From Pseudomonadota bacterium (lineage in GTDB: Bacteria; Pseudomonadota; Alphaproteobacteria; Rhizobiales; Hyphomicrobiaceae): a DNA stretch of 46,935 bases. A program made the translations under genes and the position numbers. Positions 1 to 9,985 of this stretch are shown piece after piece (position 1 is the first letter of the stretch; each line of letters opens with the position of its first letter). The notes under the pieces were generated by a model. The model was not told the DNA's origin and ran no database searches. It saw only the letters and a list, made by a program, of their open reading frames with translations. The stretch lies in the NCBI GenBank assembly GCA_963205015.1, contig CAUJKI010000276.1, forward strand, positions 1 through 46,935, given 5' to 3'.

Positions 1-7
1 CGGCCAC

Positions 8-550
8 TCAGGTCTCGACGGCGGTGTTGTGCTCGGTCTCCCTCATATGCTGGGCGTCGTTATGATGTTTCTTGGCGAGCGCTTCCGCCGTGCCGCGCCA
101 GCGCTTCGTTTCGCCGCCGACCTTATAGGACGCGGTGAGCATCTCGCTGGTCGCGGCGATACGATACGTGCCCTTCTGCTTCAAATGCACATCAAAGGTC
201 GACCGATAGCGGCCCGTGCTGCCGTTCTGCGCTTCGACCGTCGAGCCATCCGGTGCCGTCACCACAAGCGCGGCAGGCCGACCGCCTCGCCGGCCAGCGG
301 GGCCTTTGCCCTTGCCGGCTCCCGCGCCCGCGGCGGGTGGTCCGTCGTCATCGGCGCCGATATTGGCAAGCCGCAACGGGAAGTGCTCGAAGTAGAAGAG
401 GTCATTGGAGACAGCGGCGTCGACGGTCACCCATGGGTCCTCGCCGGACAGAACCGTCGCCGACGGCAACATCCAGATGCGATGAGCTTCCGCGCTGATC
501 GGAATGGATGCGAGAAGCGCGATTGCGGCAAGTTTGACAGTGGTCTTCAT
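8..550 (-). CDS. DUF4198 family periplasmic protein (3' end possibly truncated or corrupted)
   Basis: Signal peptide ending AEA-H, then HRIWMLPSATVLSG..WVTVDAAVSNDLFYFEH and GRYRSTFDVHL..KGTYRIA, typical of DUF4198 next to DUF2271/PepSY. ATG at 550 follows GAGAGGG; the ORF track starts at 574. Confidence 0.75.
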   Translation of the reverse strand: MKTTVKLAAIALLASIPISAEAHRIWMLPSATVLSGEDPWVTVDAAVSNDLFYFEHFPLRLANIGADDDGPPAAGAGAGKGKGPAGRRGGRPAALVVTAPDGSTVEAQNGSTGRYRSTFDVHLKQKGTYRIAATSEMLTASYKVGGETKRWRGTAEALAKKHHNDAQHMRETEHNTAVET

Positions 551-570
551 GATCATCCCTCTCGCTGGTG

Positions 571-1083
571 TCATGGCTTGAGATTGACGGAGATAGTGCC
601 GAGCTCATGCTCGCCCTTCGCGGTCAGGCTTACGGCTTCCTTGGGCGGCCACTGCACCGGGACGCGCAGCAGCTCTCGCCCGCCAACCTCGCGCGCCGCC
701 TCGACGACGAGCTGATATTCGCCCGGCGGAAGGTCGGAGAGTGGCTTCGTCGAACCTGCAAATTCGACACTGTGCTGGCCAGGAGCACGCGTCGCGCTCG
801 TCAACCCATCGGCCGGCATGGACAGCTCGCGGCCTGTGCGGCGCCACCACTGGCGAAGATCCTTCAGCCACTTCGTGCCTTCGTTGTTGCGCAGATTGAC
901 ATCGTACCAGACGGCCAGATTGGCCGCGACGGTATTGTCGGGGCGCTCGAGCCAGATGGCGACATAGGGGCGATGGTATTCCGCGACGGTCAACCGCGGA
1001 ATCTCGACATTCAGACTGATATCGGCCGCCAATGCCGGCGCCGCCATGGCGCCCGACAGTCCGACCGTGATCGCAACGCGCAT
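571..1083 (-). CDS. DUF2271 domain periplasmic protein
   Basis: Signal peptide; EIPRL.VAEYHRPYVAIW, WLKDLRQWWR, DGLTSATR.PG and VEAAREVGGRELLR motifs. Confidence 0.9.
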   Translation of the reverse strand: MRVAITVGLSGAMAAPALAADISLNVEIPRLTVAEYHRPYVAIWLERPDNTVAANLAVWYDVNLRNNEGTKWLKDLRQWWRRTGRELSMPADGLTSATRAPGQHSVEFAGSTKPLSDLPPGEYQLVVEAAREVGGRELLRVPVQWPPKEAVSLTAKGEHELGTISVNLKP

Positions 1084-1095
1084 TGCTATCCTCGT

Positions 1096-1824
1096 TCAGT
1101 GGACAAAGATGATGAGCACGATGATCGGGACGGCAATGCCGAGCCCGACCATCGGCCAGGTTGAGGGGCGCCCGACTGCGTGAAGCTTCAGCAGCACGAA
1201 TCCGGTGATGCAGAAGACAATGCAGGCAAGCGCAAACACATCGAGAAAGAGGCTCCACGCGAAGCCGGTGTTGCGACCCTTGTGGAGGTCATTCAGATAG
1301 GCGATCCAGCCGCGGTCCGTTTGCTCATACGTAACGTCGCCGCTGCTTCTGTCGATCGTGAGCCAGGCGTCGCCACCCGGCCGCGGGAGCGCCACATAGA
1401 CTTCAGATGCGGACCACTCCGCGATGCGGCCCCCGACATCGACGCGAACGCGCGTATTGATCCAGTCCGCGATCGGATTCGGCACCGCACCCTTTGCCGT
1501 GGCTGGACCGGACTTGACGTGCCCCAGCATATCCGGTGGCAATTTCGCCTCGACCTGGCGCACACGCGGTGAGGCATCGATCTGAGACGCATGATTGAGC
1601 GTGATGCCGGTCACGCTGAACAGGAGCATACCGACGAGCGAGATCGCGGCGCTGATCCAATGCCATTGCTGCATGTGACGCAGCCAGAACGAGCGGCTCG
1701 TCCATTTGTTCTTAGGCGCACGGCCGGGCCGGCCGCGCTGCGGCGGCCTGCCGCCCGCGGGTGTGGAAGTTGCAGGATCATTTTTGGCATCGCTGCCAGC
1801 CTTGTCGGAGAGCATACGCGTCAT
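1096..1824 (-). CDS. PepSY-associated TM helix membrane protein
   Basis: WHWISAA..L.GMLLFSVTGITLNH and YLNDLHKGRNTG.AW motifs with several TM helices; start overlaps the Sel1 gene stop. Confidence 0.9.
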   Translation of the reverse strand: MTRMLSDKAGSDAKNDPATSTPAGGRPPQRGRPGRAPKNKWTSRSFWLRHMQQWHWISAAISLVGMLLFSVTGITLNHASQIDASPRVRQVEAKLPPDMLGHVKSGPATAKGAVPNPIADWINTRVRVDVGGRIAEWSASEVYVALPRPGGDAWLTIDRSSGDVTYEQTDRGWIAYLNDLHKGRNTGFAWSLFLDVFALACIVFCITGFVLLKLHAVGRPSTWPMVGLGIAVPIIVLIIFVH

Positions 1825-2705
1825 TACCGGACGGCTCCGACAGAGGCAACGACCCGCCTCAAAGCGCGCACGATGTCAGGCCTCCCACGTCGCCGCTTTG
1901 GGCGCACGGCGCGCGTCGACCCCGGGCCATCGCTCTGGAGGGAATGGCCCGGAGGGTGAATTGCCGCCCTGCGCGATTGCGCAAAGGCACGCACGGAGAG
2001 CGCACGCAGGCGATCGTCCGCTTGATTTGCGAGCAGCCTTCCCAGCTCGTCACAGAAATCTGCCGGCGCGGACGAGATGGATCGGCGGAGCCAGACGACC
2101 GCCGGACCGATCTCGCCGAGCGCAATGAGATGACGCGCCGTGTGAAAGGCGCCGCGGAAACATCCCCCGCGTGCGGCACGCAGATACCAGCGGCGTGCGG
2201 CTGCAGGCTTGGGGGGGCCTCGCCAGCCCTCCTCACAGGCGCGGCCGAGCATGTTCATGGCCTTGGCATTTCGCCGATGGGCGGCGCGCGCGAGCAAGCA
2301 CAATGCTTCGGTGAGCTCGCCCGGTACGCCGTCCTCGCGCAGGATCAGGCACGCCAGATTGAACTGCGCCCATGCGTGCCCCACTTCGGCAGCAGCCCGG
2401 TAGCAGTGGGCGGCGAGCCCCAGATTGATGGCAGTTCCCCAGCCGAGCTCGTGACAGCGCCCGACCATGTTCATGGCGTCGCGATGGCCGGATCGCGCCG
2501 CGAGCTGGAACCATCGGAATGCCGCATCGAGGTCGCGAGTGGTGCCATGCCCGTCGAGCAGCATGAGAGCCCACGAAAGCTGAGCGCCGGCATCACCGGA
2601 GATCGCCAGCTTGCGCACGTGCTCGGCGGCGAAATGAGGGTCCCCTGAAAGGCGTGCCGCGCGCGTAGCGCCACACTGCCAGACGAAGATCGGCGGGTTG
2701 CTCAT
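1824..2705 (-). CDS. Sel1-repeat (TPR-like) protein
   Basis: Repeated A..G...A...LG.....G.G...D...A..W...AA units (e.g. AMNMVGRCHELGWG, AQFNLA, AMNMLGRACEEGW). Confidence 0.85.
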   Translation of the reverse strand: MSNPPIFVWQCGATRAARLSGDPHFAAEHVRKLAISGDAGAQLSWALMLLDGHGTTRDLDAAFRWFQLAARSGHRDAMNMVGRCHELGWGTAINLGLAAHCYRAAAEVGHAWAQFNLACLILREDGVPGELTEALCLLARAAHRRNAKAMNMLGRACEEGWRGPPKPAAARRWYLRAARGGCFRGAFHTARHLIALGEIGPAVVWLRRSISSAPADFCDELGRLLANQADDRLRALSVRAFAQSRRAAIHPPGHSLQSDGPGSTRAVRPKRRRGRPDIVRALRRVVASVGAVR

Positions 2706-2732
2706 TACGGCCCTGGCTTCTCAAAATCGAAT

Positions 2733-2765
2733 GGCGGATACGGGCAACTCGAGCCCGCATCCGCC
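2733..2765 (-). terminator. Stem-loop after the receptor gene (weak terminator or stabiliser)
   Basis: Minus strand GGCGGAUGCGGGC-N7-GCCCGUAUCCGCC (13 bp including one G-U) followed by AUUCGAUUUU. Confidence 0.5.
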
Positions 2766-2785
2766 GAAAGCGCCGCCGGAGCGCC

Positions 2786-5260
2786 CTAGAACTTCTTGCC
2801 GACAGTGAACAACACCGTTCGGCCCGCGGCGACGACGGCACGATTGCCGAAGCTTCCGTCGTAGTTCAGCTCATCCGTCAGGTTGTAGCCGTTGGCGGCG
2901 AAGCGCCAGCCATCCTTCTCGTAAGAGATCATCGCGTCGAACGTGAAGGTCGCCGGGATGATAGAGGTATTGCCCGAGTTCGCGTAGATCTCGTCGGCAT
3001 AGCGGACACCGGCGCCAATCGTCGTCTTGCCCGGACCGAGGTTCATGAGCTGCGATATCTCGACTGTGCTCCAGACCGAGAAGGCGTGCTCAGGAACGAA
3101 GGCTACGCGATTTCCCTTGTTTGCATTTGCCGGCGGACTGTTGTTGTTGCCGGCCGCATTGGCGAGAATCTCGCTGTCCATGTAGGCGTACGCGGCCTGA
3201 ATGGTCCAGGCGGATGTAAGCCTGCCGGTCAGACCAAGCTCGAGACCTTGGACGCGCTGCTCTTCGCCTGTGGCAACCAGCTGGCCGACAGTGTCCTGTA
3301 TGCGCGCGTTCGCCTTGTCGACGCGGAACAGGGCTGCGGTCAGACCGAGACGACCATCCAGAAGGGCCCACTTGGCACCGATCTCCCAGAGCTTGTTCTC
3401 TTCCGGCTTCATCGTATCGTTGCCGATCGATGCGTTGTCGTTGGTGATGAACTGTCCAGCCAGCGACGAGAACGACTTCGCATAGGAAATGTAGTAGGTC
3501 TGCTGCTTCGTCGGCTCCCAGATCACACTCGCCTTTGGACTCCAGAAACTCGTGGTCGCGTCGGTGTCGACGGCGCAAGTCGAGCTCGGCGGATTCGACC
3601 CTGCGACGGGTGTGCACCCGACCCACAAGCCTGTTTGCGTATCCGTTGCGTTATAAGAGGCTGAGAACCGGTCCCAGCGAATGCCACCGAGGACCGAGAA
3701 CTCCGGCGTCAGCCAAACACGGTCGCTCGCGAAGATTCCGATATTGTCCGATTCCGCCTTCTTGAATGCAGTTGTGCTCCTGCTGATAAAGAAGCCGGGA
3801 TTCTGCTCGTAGATCGGATTTCCGATCGTCCCGACGAGCTTTGCGGCGTTCGGCTGCGAGGGATCAAGCGTCGTGCGCTTGTCATTCTGATAGAAGACAT
3901 CGATACCCGCCACGAACTCGTGACGCAGCCCACCGGCGTGGAACTTCGCGACGGCCGTCGTGACGTTTTGGATGCCCCAGGATTCCTGGTCGAATCCACC
4001 ACCCGGTCCGCCAAGAGAATAGGCGCCGTTGAACGTACCGTTCAGGATGCTGTCGCCGCAGGTGTTCGTCAGCGGATCGCTGTCGGCTGCAGCGCAGCTC
4101 GGTACGGTTTGCAACCAGTACCGGCTGTACATGGCGAGGCGCGTGTCGTTGTGGATCGTCAGCCCCTCGTTGACACGCTTCGTGTAGCGCGCCGTGAGCA
4201 TGTCGACGTCGGAATCGTCGATATCCGTCACCTTGCCGTAGAAGTTCTTGCGCGAGACGCCGAACTCGGTGACCGGCTTGCCCATAAGCGGATTGGTCGC
4301 CCCGTCCGGATCGAAGATCGGGACACCCATGTCAGGCTTGCGCCTGCCAGACTGGTGCAGGTAGTTGATGGTGAACTTCTCGTCGGTTCCGAGCCCGAAG
4401 GCCAGCGACGCGAGAATGCCCCAGCGGTCGGAATAGAGATGATCGCGACCGACAATGTCCTGATCGTGGAACAGCCCGACGATGCGCGCCGCCGTCGTAT
4501 TGTTGATCTGCTTGTTGACATCGACCGTCGTGCGCACCATCGGCCCCATGCCCACGGTCACGTCGACGCTCGCGGCATCGCCGAGATGAGCGGTCTTCTG
4601 CTGGATATTGACGGCGCCGCCAGTCGTACCCATGCCGAATACTTCGGACGACGGTCCCTTGAGGACCTGCACCTGCTCGTAGGCGAAGCTGTCGCGAACA
4701 TAGACGCCGAAGTCGCGCAGACCATCGACATAGATGTCGCCCTTGGCTTGAAAGCCGCGAATACGGAACTGGTCGCCATTCATGCCGCCGCCGCCTTCGC
4801 CGATGGCGACAGTAACGCCTGGAACGCTCCGCAATGCCTGTTCGAGGGTGGTGACGTTCTCCTCGCGAAGCTGGCGCTGACCGATCACGTTAACGGTCTG
4901 GGGCGTGTCTTGAATGGTTCCAGGCAGACGACCGATACCCGTGCCGGCCTCGAGCGAGTTGGCCGGGCTTCCCGGAGGTCCCGAGACGGCGTCGGCGGGA
5001 TCCGCGAGCAGTGCAGGAGCCGCGGGAGCAGGCGATGCGGCCACTGGCGCAGCCTGCTTAGCTTTGGCTCTAGCCTTGGCCTTCGGCGGTGCTTTCTTCG
5101 TCTCGACGGAGAGCGGCGGCAGCGTTGTCTGCGCCGCGGCTGTCGTCGCGAACAACATCGAGGCTACGCCTAGCGTCATATGCCCCAGCAGCAGCTTGTC
5201 AGCCGGTCGCGCACGCGTTTCGGCGCTCGCTGCTGCGCGCACTTCTTGATTCTTGTCCAT
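2786..5260 (-). CDS. TonB-dependent siderophore receptor (Fiu/PiuA-like)
   Basis: Signal peptide; plug motifs DTPQTVNVI, LRSVPGVT, IRGF, DGLRD, EQVQVLKGPSS..G....GGAVN; NLTDE..Y and a C-terminal Phe. Confidence 0.93.
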   Translation of the reverse strand: MDKNQEVRAAASAETRARPADKLLLGHMTLGVASMLFATTAAAQTTLPPLSVETKKAPPKAKARAKAKQAAPVAASPAPAAPALLADPADAVSGPPGSPANSLEAGTGIGRLPGTIQDTPQTVNVIGQRQLREENVTTLEQALRSVPGVTVAIGEGGGGMNGDQFRIRGFQAKGDIYVDGLRDFGVYVRDSFAYEQVQVLKGPSSEVFGMGTTGGAVNIQQKTAHLGDAASVDVTVGMGPMVRTTVDVNKQINNTTAARIVGLFHDQDIVGRDHLYSDRWGILASLAFGLGTDEKFTINYLHQSGRRKPDMGVPIFDPDGATNPLMGKPVTEFGVSRKNFYGKVTDIDDSDVDMLTARYTKRVNEGLTIHNDTRLAMYSRYWLQTVPSCAAADSDPLTNTCGDSILNGTFNGAYSLGGPGGGFDQESWGIQNVTTAVAKFHAGGLRHEFVAGIDVFYQNDKRTTLDPSQPNAAKLVGTIGNPIYEQNPGFFISRSTTAFKKAESDNIGIFASDRVWLTPEFSVLGGIRWDRFSASYNATDTQTGLWVGCTPVAGSNPPSSTCAVDTDATTSFWSPKASVIWEPTKQQTYYISYAKSFSSLAGQFITNDNASIGNDTMKPEENKLWEIGAKWALLDGRLGLTAALFRVDKANARIQDTVGQLVATGEEQRVQGLELGLTGRLTSAWTIQAAYAYMDSEILANAAGNNNSPPANANKGNRVAFVPEHAFSVWSTVEISQLMNLGPGKTTIGAGVRYADEIYANSGNTSIIPATFTFDAMISYEKDGWRFAANGYNLTDELNYDGSFGNRAVVAAGRTVLFTVGKKF

Positions 5261-5379
5261 TGCAGTCCCCCACGCGCAGTCGGCTGCGCGATTCCGAGAT
5301 CATTCCCCTGATTTCGCGGCGTTGGGGGCGGGGGGTTGGCCTGGCTGCCTGCACCGCGAAGAAGATCACAAAATGAAAG

Positions 5380-5396
5380 TTTACTCATGCAGTCAA
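5380..5396. promoter_or_regulatory. Putative iron-responsive operator (IRO/Iron-Rhodo-box-like palindrome)
   Basis: Minus strand TTGACT-GCATG-AGTAAA, an imperfect palindrome resembling TGA-N9-TCA, about 120 nt upstream of the receptor start in an AT-rich patch. Confidence 0.45.
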
Positions 5397-5610
5397 GTAA
5401 TCTGTCGCAATCATGTCGTTGGGCGATGCATTGAAGCCACATACGCCGAGCGTGGCCTCACATCGCGGAAATGGCACTTTTTCACGATTAACTGCGCTCT
5501 CCATGCAGCGCCTAGCGCAACGTGTTGAACTGATATGCACTCACGGGTGGGCTGCGGCAGCTCATTGGAGGACCGAGACGGCGCAGCGTCCGGAAAGCAT
5601 ATCGGCTGCT

Positions 5611-6279
5611 TCACGAGTTTGTGCGCAGGTTCCATTCCGGACGCATCATGGCCACCAGTCCAGCCTCGAGGCCGGCCGAGGTATCCACGGGCAGACCCTT
5701 CCAGTCCAGCGGCTGGGGCGCCGCGACAAGAACCTTCACGCGTCTGCCGCTATCGAGCGTCTCGGCTATAAGGATTTCCACGCGCGCCGACGAATTCTTC
5801 CGCGTGAAACTAGAGTTCAGGCGCCGGAGACGATGCCGCAAGCCGCGCCGCGTGGCGCCGATGTACTTGACGATGTCGTCCACAACGAATGCATACACTC
5901 CGGCATCCACGGGAATCGTCGCTCCCAATGAAATAACGCCGTCATTGCCAAGCAACCACTCGCCGATGAAGATGAAGCCCGCCTGAAGAAGCACCTCCCA
6001 AGAATGCGCGCCGGCGGGCGCATCCTTTTTGGGCGCATCCATTCTGAGAGACGCCGCGGGCGCCTGCTTTGGCTGTGATGCGCCGGCATCGATAAGGGCT
6101 TTACGTACATTCTGATATCGAACATTCAGCAAGGCGGCGATTTCGGATCGCTCATATCCGGCGCGTGACAACGCTCGAATCTTATCCGCCTTCGTGGACA
6201 AGCCGGCAATGATATCGGCGAATGGGCGTCTGTTTGCGTCCATAGCTACAAGCGAGCTCAGGTCCGTCCGAATCGCCAA
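5611..6279 (-). CDS. HTH + GIY-YIG nuclease-like protein
   Basis: N-terminal TKADKIRAL..AGY.RSEIAALLNVRYQNVRKAL (HTH-like). C-terminal GVYAF..D..VKYIGAT.RGL..RL, late Glu (GLEAGL) and P.WN, the GIY-YIG pattern. Alternative ATG at 6243. Confidence 0.7.
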   Translation of the reverse strand: MAIRTDLSSLVAMDANRRPFADIIAGLSTKADKIRALSRAGYERSEIAALLNVRYQNVRKALIDAGASQPKQAPAASLRMDAPKKDAPAGAHSWEVLLQAGFIFIGEWLLGNDGVISLGATIPVDAGVYAFVVDDIVKYIGATRRGLRHRLRRLNSSFTRKNSSARVEILIAETLDSGRRVKVLVAAPQPLDWKGLPVDTSAGLEAGLVAMMRPEWNLRTNS

Positions 6280-6494
6280 CGCTCAGAGCGCGATAAGGAT
6301 CGCCTATAGCGAATGTAGTTCCGGACGACAACTTGCACATTTCGACGACCGGCGTGCTTGTTGAGCATCGATCAGCTGAGAATATCGAATGCGCGACACG
6401 CACGACATCCTGCAGCGATGCTCCTGCGCAGGATCCTCGCCGCACGACGCTGTGCTGCGGTCTCGGGCCACGCCCCGGTCGCACCTGCGATCGC

Positions 6495-7367
6495 CTAAGA
6501 TTTGGTCGCGCTCTGCGACGCGAGCGCAAGCTCGAGCTTCTCGAGCTCCGCGGCATTGATGCCGTAGCTGTGCTCGGCGTCGGGAAAATCACCCGCGACA
6601 ACGTCCGCACAATAGCTCTGGAACGCCCCGCTGATCAGCGGGGCAAGGTCGACGTAACGCTTGGCGAAGCGCGGCGTGAACTGCTCGAAGAGCCCCAGGA
6701 GGTCGGCTGAGACGAGACCTTGTCCATCGCAATGGACACCGGCGCCGTAGCTGATGGTGGGAACGCGCAACCGGGCCGTAACCAGCCGTGCAACTTCGCG
6801 CGGCACGCACTCGAGGATGACCGCGAAGGCCCCTGCAGCCTCCAATGCCAAGGCATCCTCTATGAGGCGCGAGCCTGCGCCGGCATCGCCCCCTTGCACC
6901 TTGAGGCCGCCGAGCTGGGCAGCGCTTTGCGGCGTCAGGCCGATATGTCCGATCACCGGAATGCCGGCGTTGTGAATGGCAGCAAGCGTCGGCACGATGG
7001 TCCGGCCACCTTCTACTTTCACGGCGTCCGCGCCCGCTTCCTTAAGGAAACGGCCGGCATTCCGCACGGCTTCCTCGACCGAGACCTGATACGACATGAA
7101 GGGCATGTCGGCGACGACCATCGCCCGCTTCGCAGCTCGCGACACAGCCCGCGTGTGATGAAGCATCTCCTCCAACGTAACAGCCACGGTGCTGTCGTAG
7201 CCAAGCGCCGTCATGGCAAGCGAATCTCCGACCAGGATCGTGTCGAGACCGGCACGGTCTGCCAGGAGCGCAAGGGCATAGTCGTAGATGCTGAGCATCG
7301 TAATCTTGCGCTTCTCCTCCTTCTGCTTCTGGAGGTGGGCGGGCAAAACCTTCCTGACTGAATTCAT
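6495..7367 (-). CDS. panB: 3-methyl-2-oxobutanoate hydroxymethyltransferase
   Basis: ILVGDSL, VADMPFMSY, AVKVEGG, GHIGLTPQS, KVQG, GAG..CDGQ.LV..DLLG; GGAGG RBS before ATG 7367. Confidence 0.96.
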   Translation of the reverse strand: MNSVRKVLPAHLQKQKEEKRKITMLSIYDYALALLADRAGLDTILVGDSLAMTALGYDSTVAVTLEEMLHHTRAVSRAAKRAMVVADMPFMSYQVSVEEAVRNAGRFLKEAGADAVKVEGGRTIVPTLAAIHNAGIPVIGHIGLTPQSAAQLGGLKVQGGDAGAGSRLIEDALALEAAGAFAVILECVPREVARLVTARLRVPTISYGAGVHCDGQGLVSADLLGLFEQFTPRFAKRYVDLAPLISGAFQSYCADVVAGDFPDAEHSYGINAAELEKLELALASQSATKS

Positions 7368-7457
7368 GGGGACCTCCGGAGAGCCTTGGGGCTGCGCCAC
7401 ATCGCGGGTGTCCAACAAGTTGGACGCAGATGCTCCGCGAGCGGCACTGTCTTGCGA

Positions 7458-8158
<701 letters not shown>

Positions 8159-8162
<4 letters not shown>

Positions 8163-9985
8163 GACGCGGCCTCCAGCTTACCGGCGCTGTTGGACTGTTC
8201 GAGCGAGCCGCCGAGATAGGCTTCGATGACGCGAGGATCTACTTGAACCTCCGCGGGGGCACCTTGCGCAATTCTCTCGCCGTAATCGAGCACCGTCACG
8301 CGATCGGCGAGCTTCATCACGAACTCCATGTTGTGCTCGACCAGCAGGATCGACGTGCCGCTGGCGCGGATCCGGCGGATGACGTCGGCAATCTCCTGCG
8401 CTTCGCGGTCGTTGAGACCGGCCACCGGCTCGTCCAGCAGCATCACGGTGGGTTCCTCGGCCATGGCACGGGCCAACTCGGCAAGCTTGCGATGGCCGTA
8501 GGGCAGATCCTCGGGGCGGGCGGCGGCGAGGTGTGCAATGCCGAACTGCTGCAACAGAGCGAGCGCACGAGCCCGTTCCTCGACCTCGAATGTCGATGAC
8601 AGCAGCCACGAAAAGAAGTCCGCGGGCATCGACCGGGTCGAGCGGATGCCGAGCTGGACGTTCTCCAGGACCGTCAGGCTGCCCACGAGCTGGAGGTTCT
8701 GGAACGTGCGGGAAAGGCCCATGTGCGCTCGCGCATGCGCCGGCAGCGACGACACGTCCTTGCCATTGAGCAGAATACGCCCGGAGTCCGCCCGATAGAG
8801 ACCGCTGACGCAGTTGATGAGGGTCGACTTGCCCGCTCCATTGGGGCCGATCAGAGCGTGTATCTTGCCGTACTCGATTGCCAGCGAAACGTCCCTTACC
8901 GCAACAACGCCGCCGTAACGCTTCGTCAGATTCTCGACGACCAAGGTCGGCCCGGTCGAAGGCGGCGCGACCGGAAGCGCAAAGGCTCGGTCCGTTGGCG
9001 CCGCCTGCGTCTCGGATCCCTCGCTGGAGCGGGCGAACAGGAATTTCCCGACGCTCTGCACCAGTCCGATCGCACCCTGCGGGAAGAGCAGCAGGACTGT
9101 CAGAAGGATGATCCCGTTTACCAGGAACGACACATCGTAGAGCGAAGCGATCAGCTCCGCGATCATGAGTGTGATCAAAGTACCGATCAGCGGGCCGTAA
9201 GAGGCGCCAAGACCGCCGATAACGGTCGCGATCAGCATGGTCAGCGTCAGGTTCAGAGTGAAGGCGTCGCTGTTGATGTAGGCATTCTGGTGCGTGAAGA
9301 AGGCGCCCGCCGTGCCGGCGAGTACCGAGCTCACGGCAAACACGGCCGTGCGCCAGACGGGCACATTGATACCTGCCGTGCGCGCGGCACTCTCATTCTC
9401 CTTGAGCGCCAGCAGATTGCGGCGGACGCGCGAATGCATCACGTAGTCGCTTGTGATCTGCACCGCCAGATAGACGGCGCCGACGACCCATAGGAAGTAG
9501 GCCTTGCCCATGGTCGACGAGCCGAAGTCGAGGGCCGGTATGCCGTAGATGCCCATCGTGCCGCCCGTCAGGTCGACCCAACGCTGCGTCGCGATCTCGA
9601 CCATGAAGCCGAATGCGAGCGTGGCCATCGCGAGATAGAGGCCGCGCGTGCGGAGCGCGACCAGTCCGACCAGACAGCCCGCCGCTCCCGCGAGAGCAAT
9701 GCCGCCCAGCATGGCCGCGGCAATCGGCCAACCGAGCTTCGCGGTCAGCAAGGCGGAGCCGTACGCGCCGATCGCATAGAAACCAGCCTGGCCGAGCGAC
9801 ATCTGGCCGGAGAGGCCAAGGAGCAGATTGAGGCCGATCACCGCGATCGTCGTGTAAAGCAGCGTCTGCGCGAGATGGATGTGGAAGGTGTTCCCGGTCA
9901 GCAAAGGAAAGAGAGCGATGGCAACGGCGATCGCCACATATGCGCCGTTGCGAAGCCAGGGACTGAAACTCGTCTCAGCGAACAT
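8159..9985 (-). CDS. Fused LivM-like permease / LivG-like ATPase
   Basis: N-terminal GLNLL.G..GQMSLGQAGFYAIGAY and GLYLAMATLAFG; C-terminal GPNGAGKST, RTFQN, LPYG, LDEP.AG, LVEH, VIEAYLG. Confidence 0.92.

Noticed and set aside
3920-5173. 417-aa plus-strand ORF
   Set aside because: Antisense shadow of the TonB-dependent receptor.
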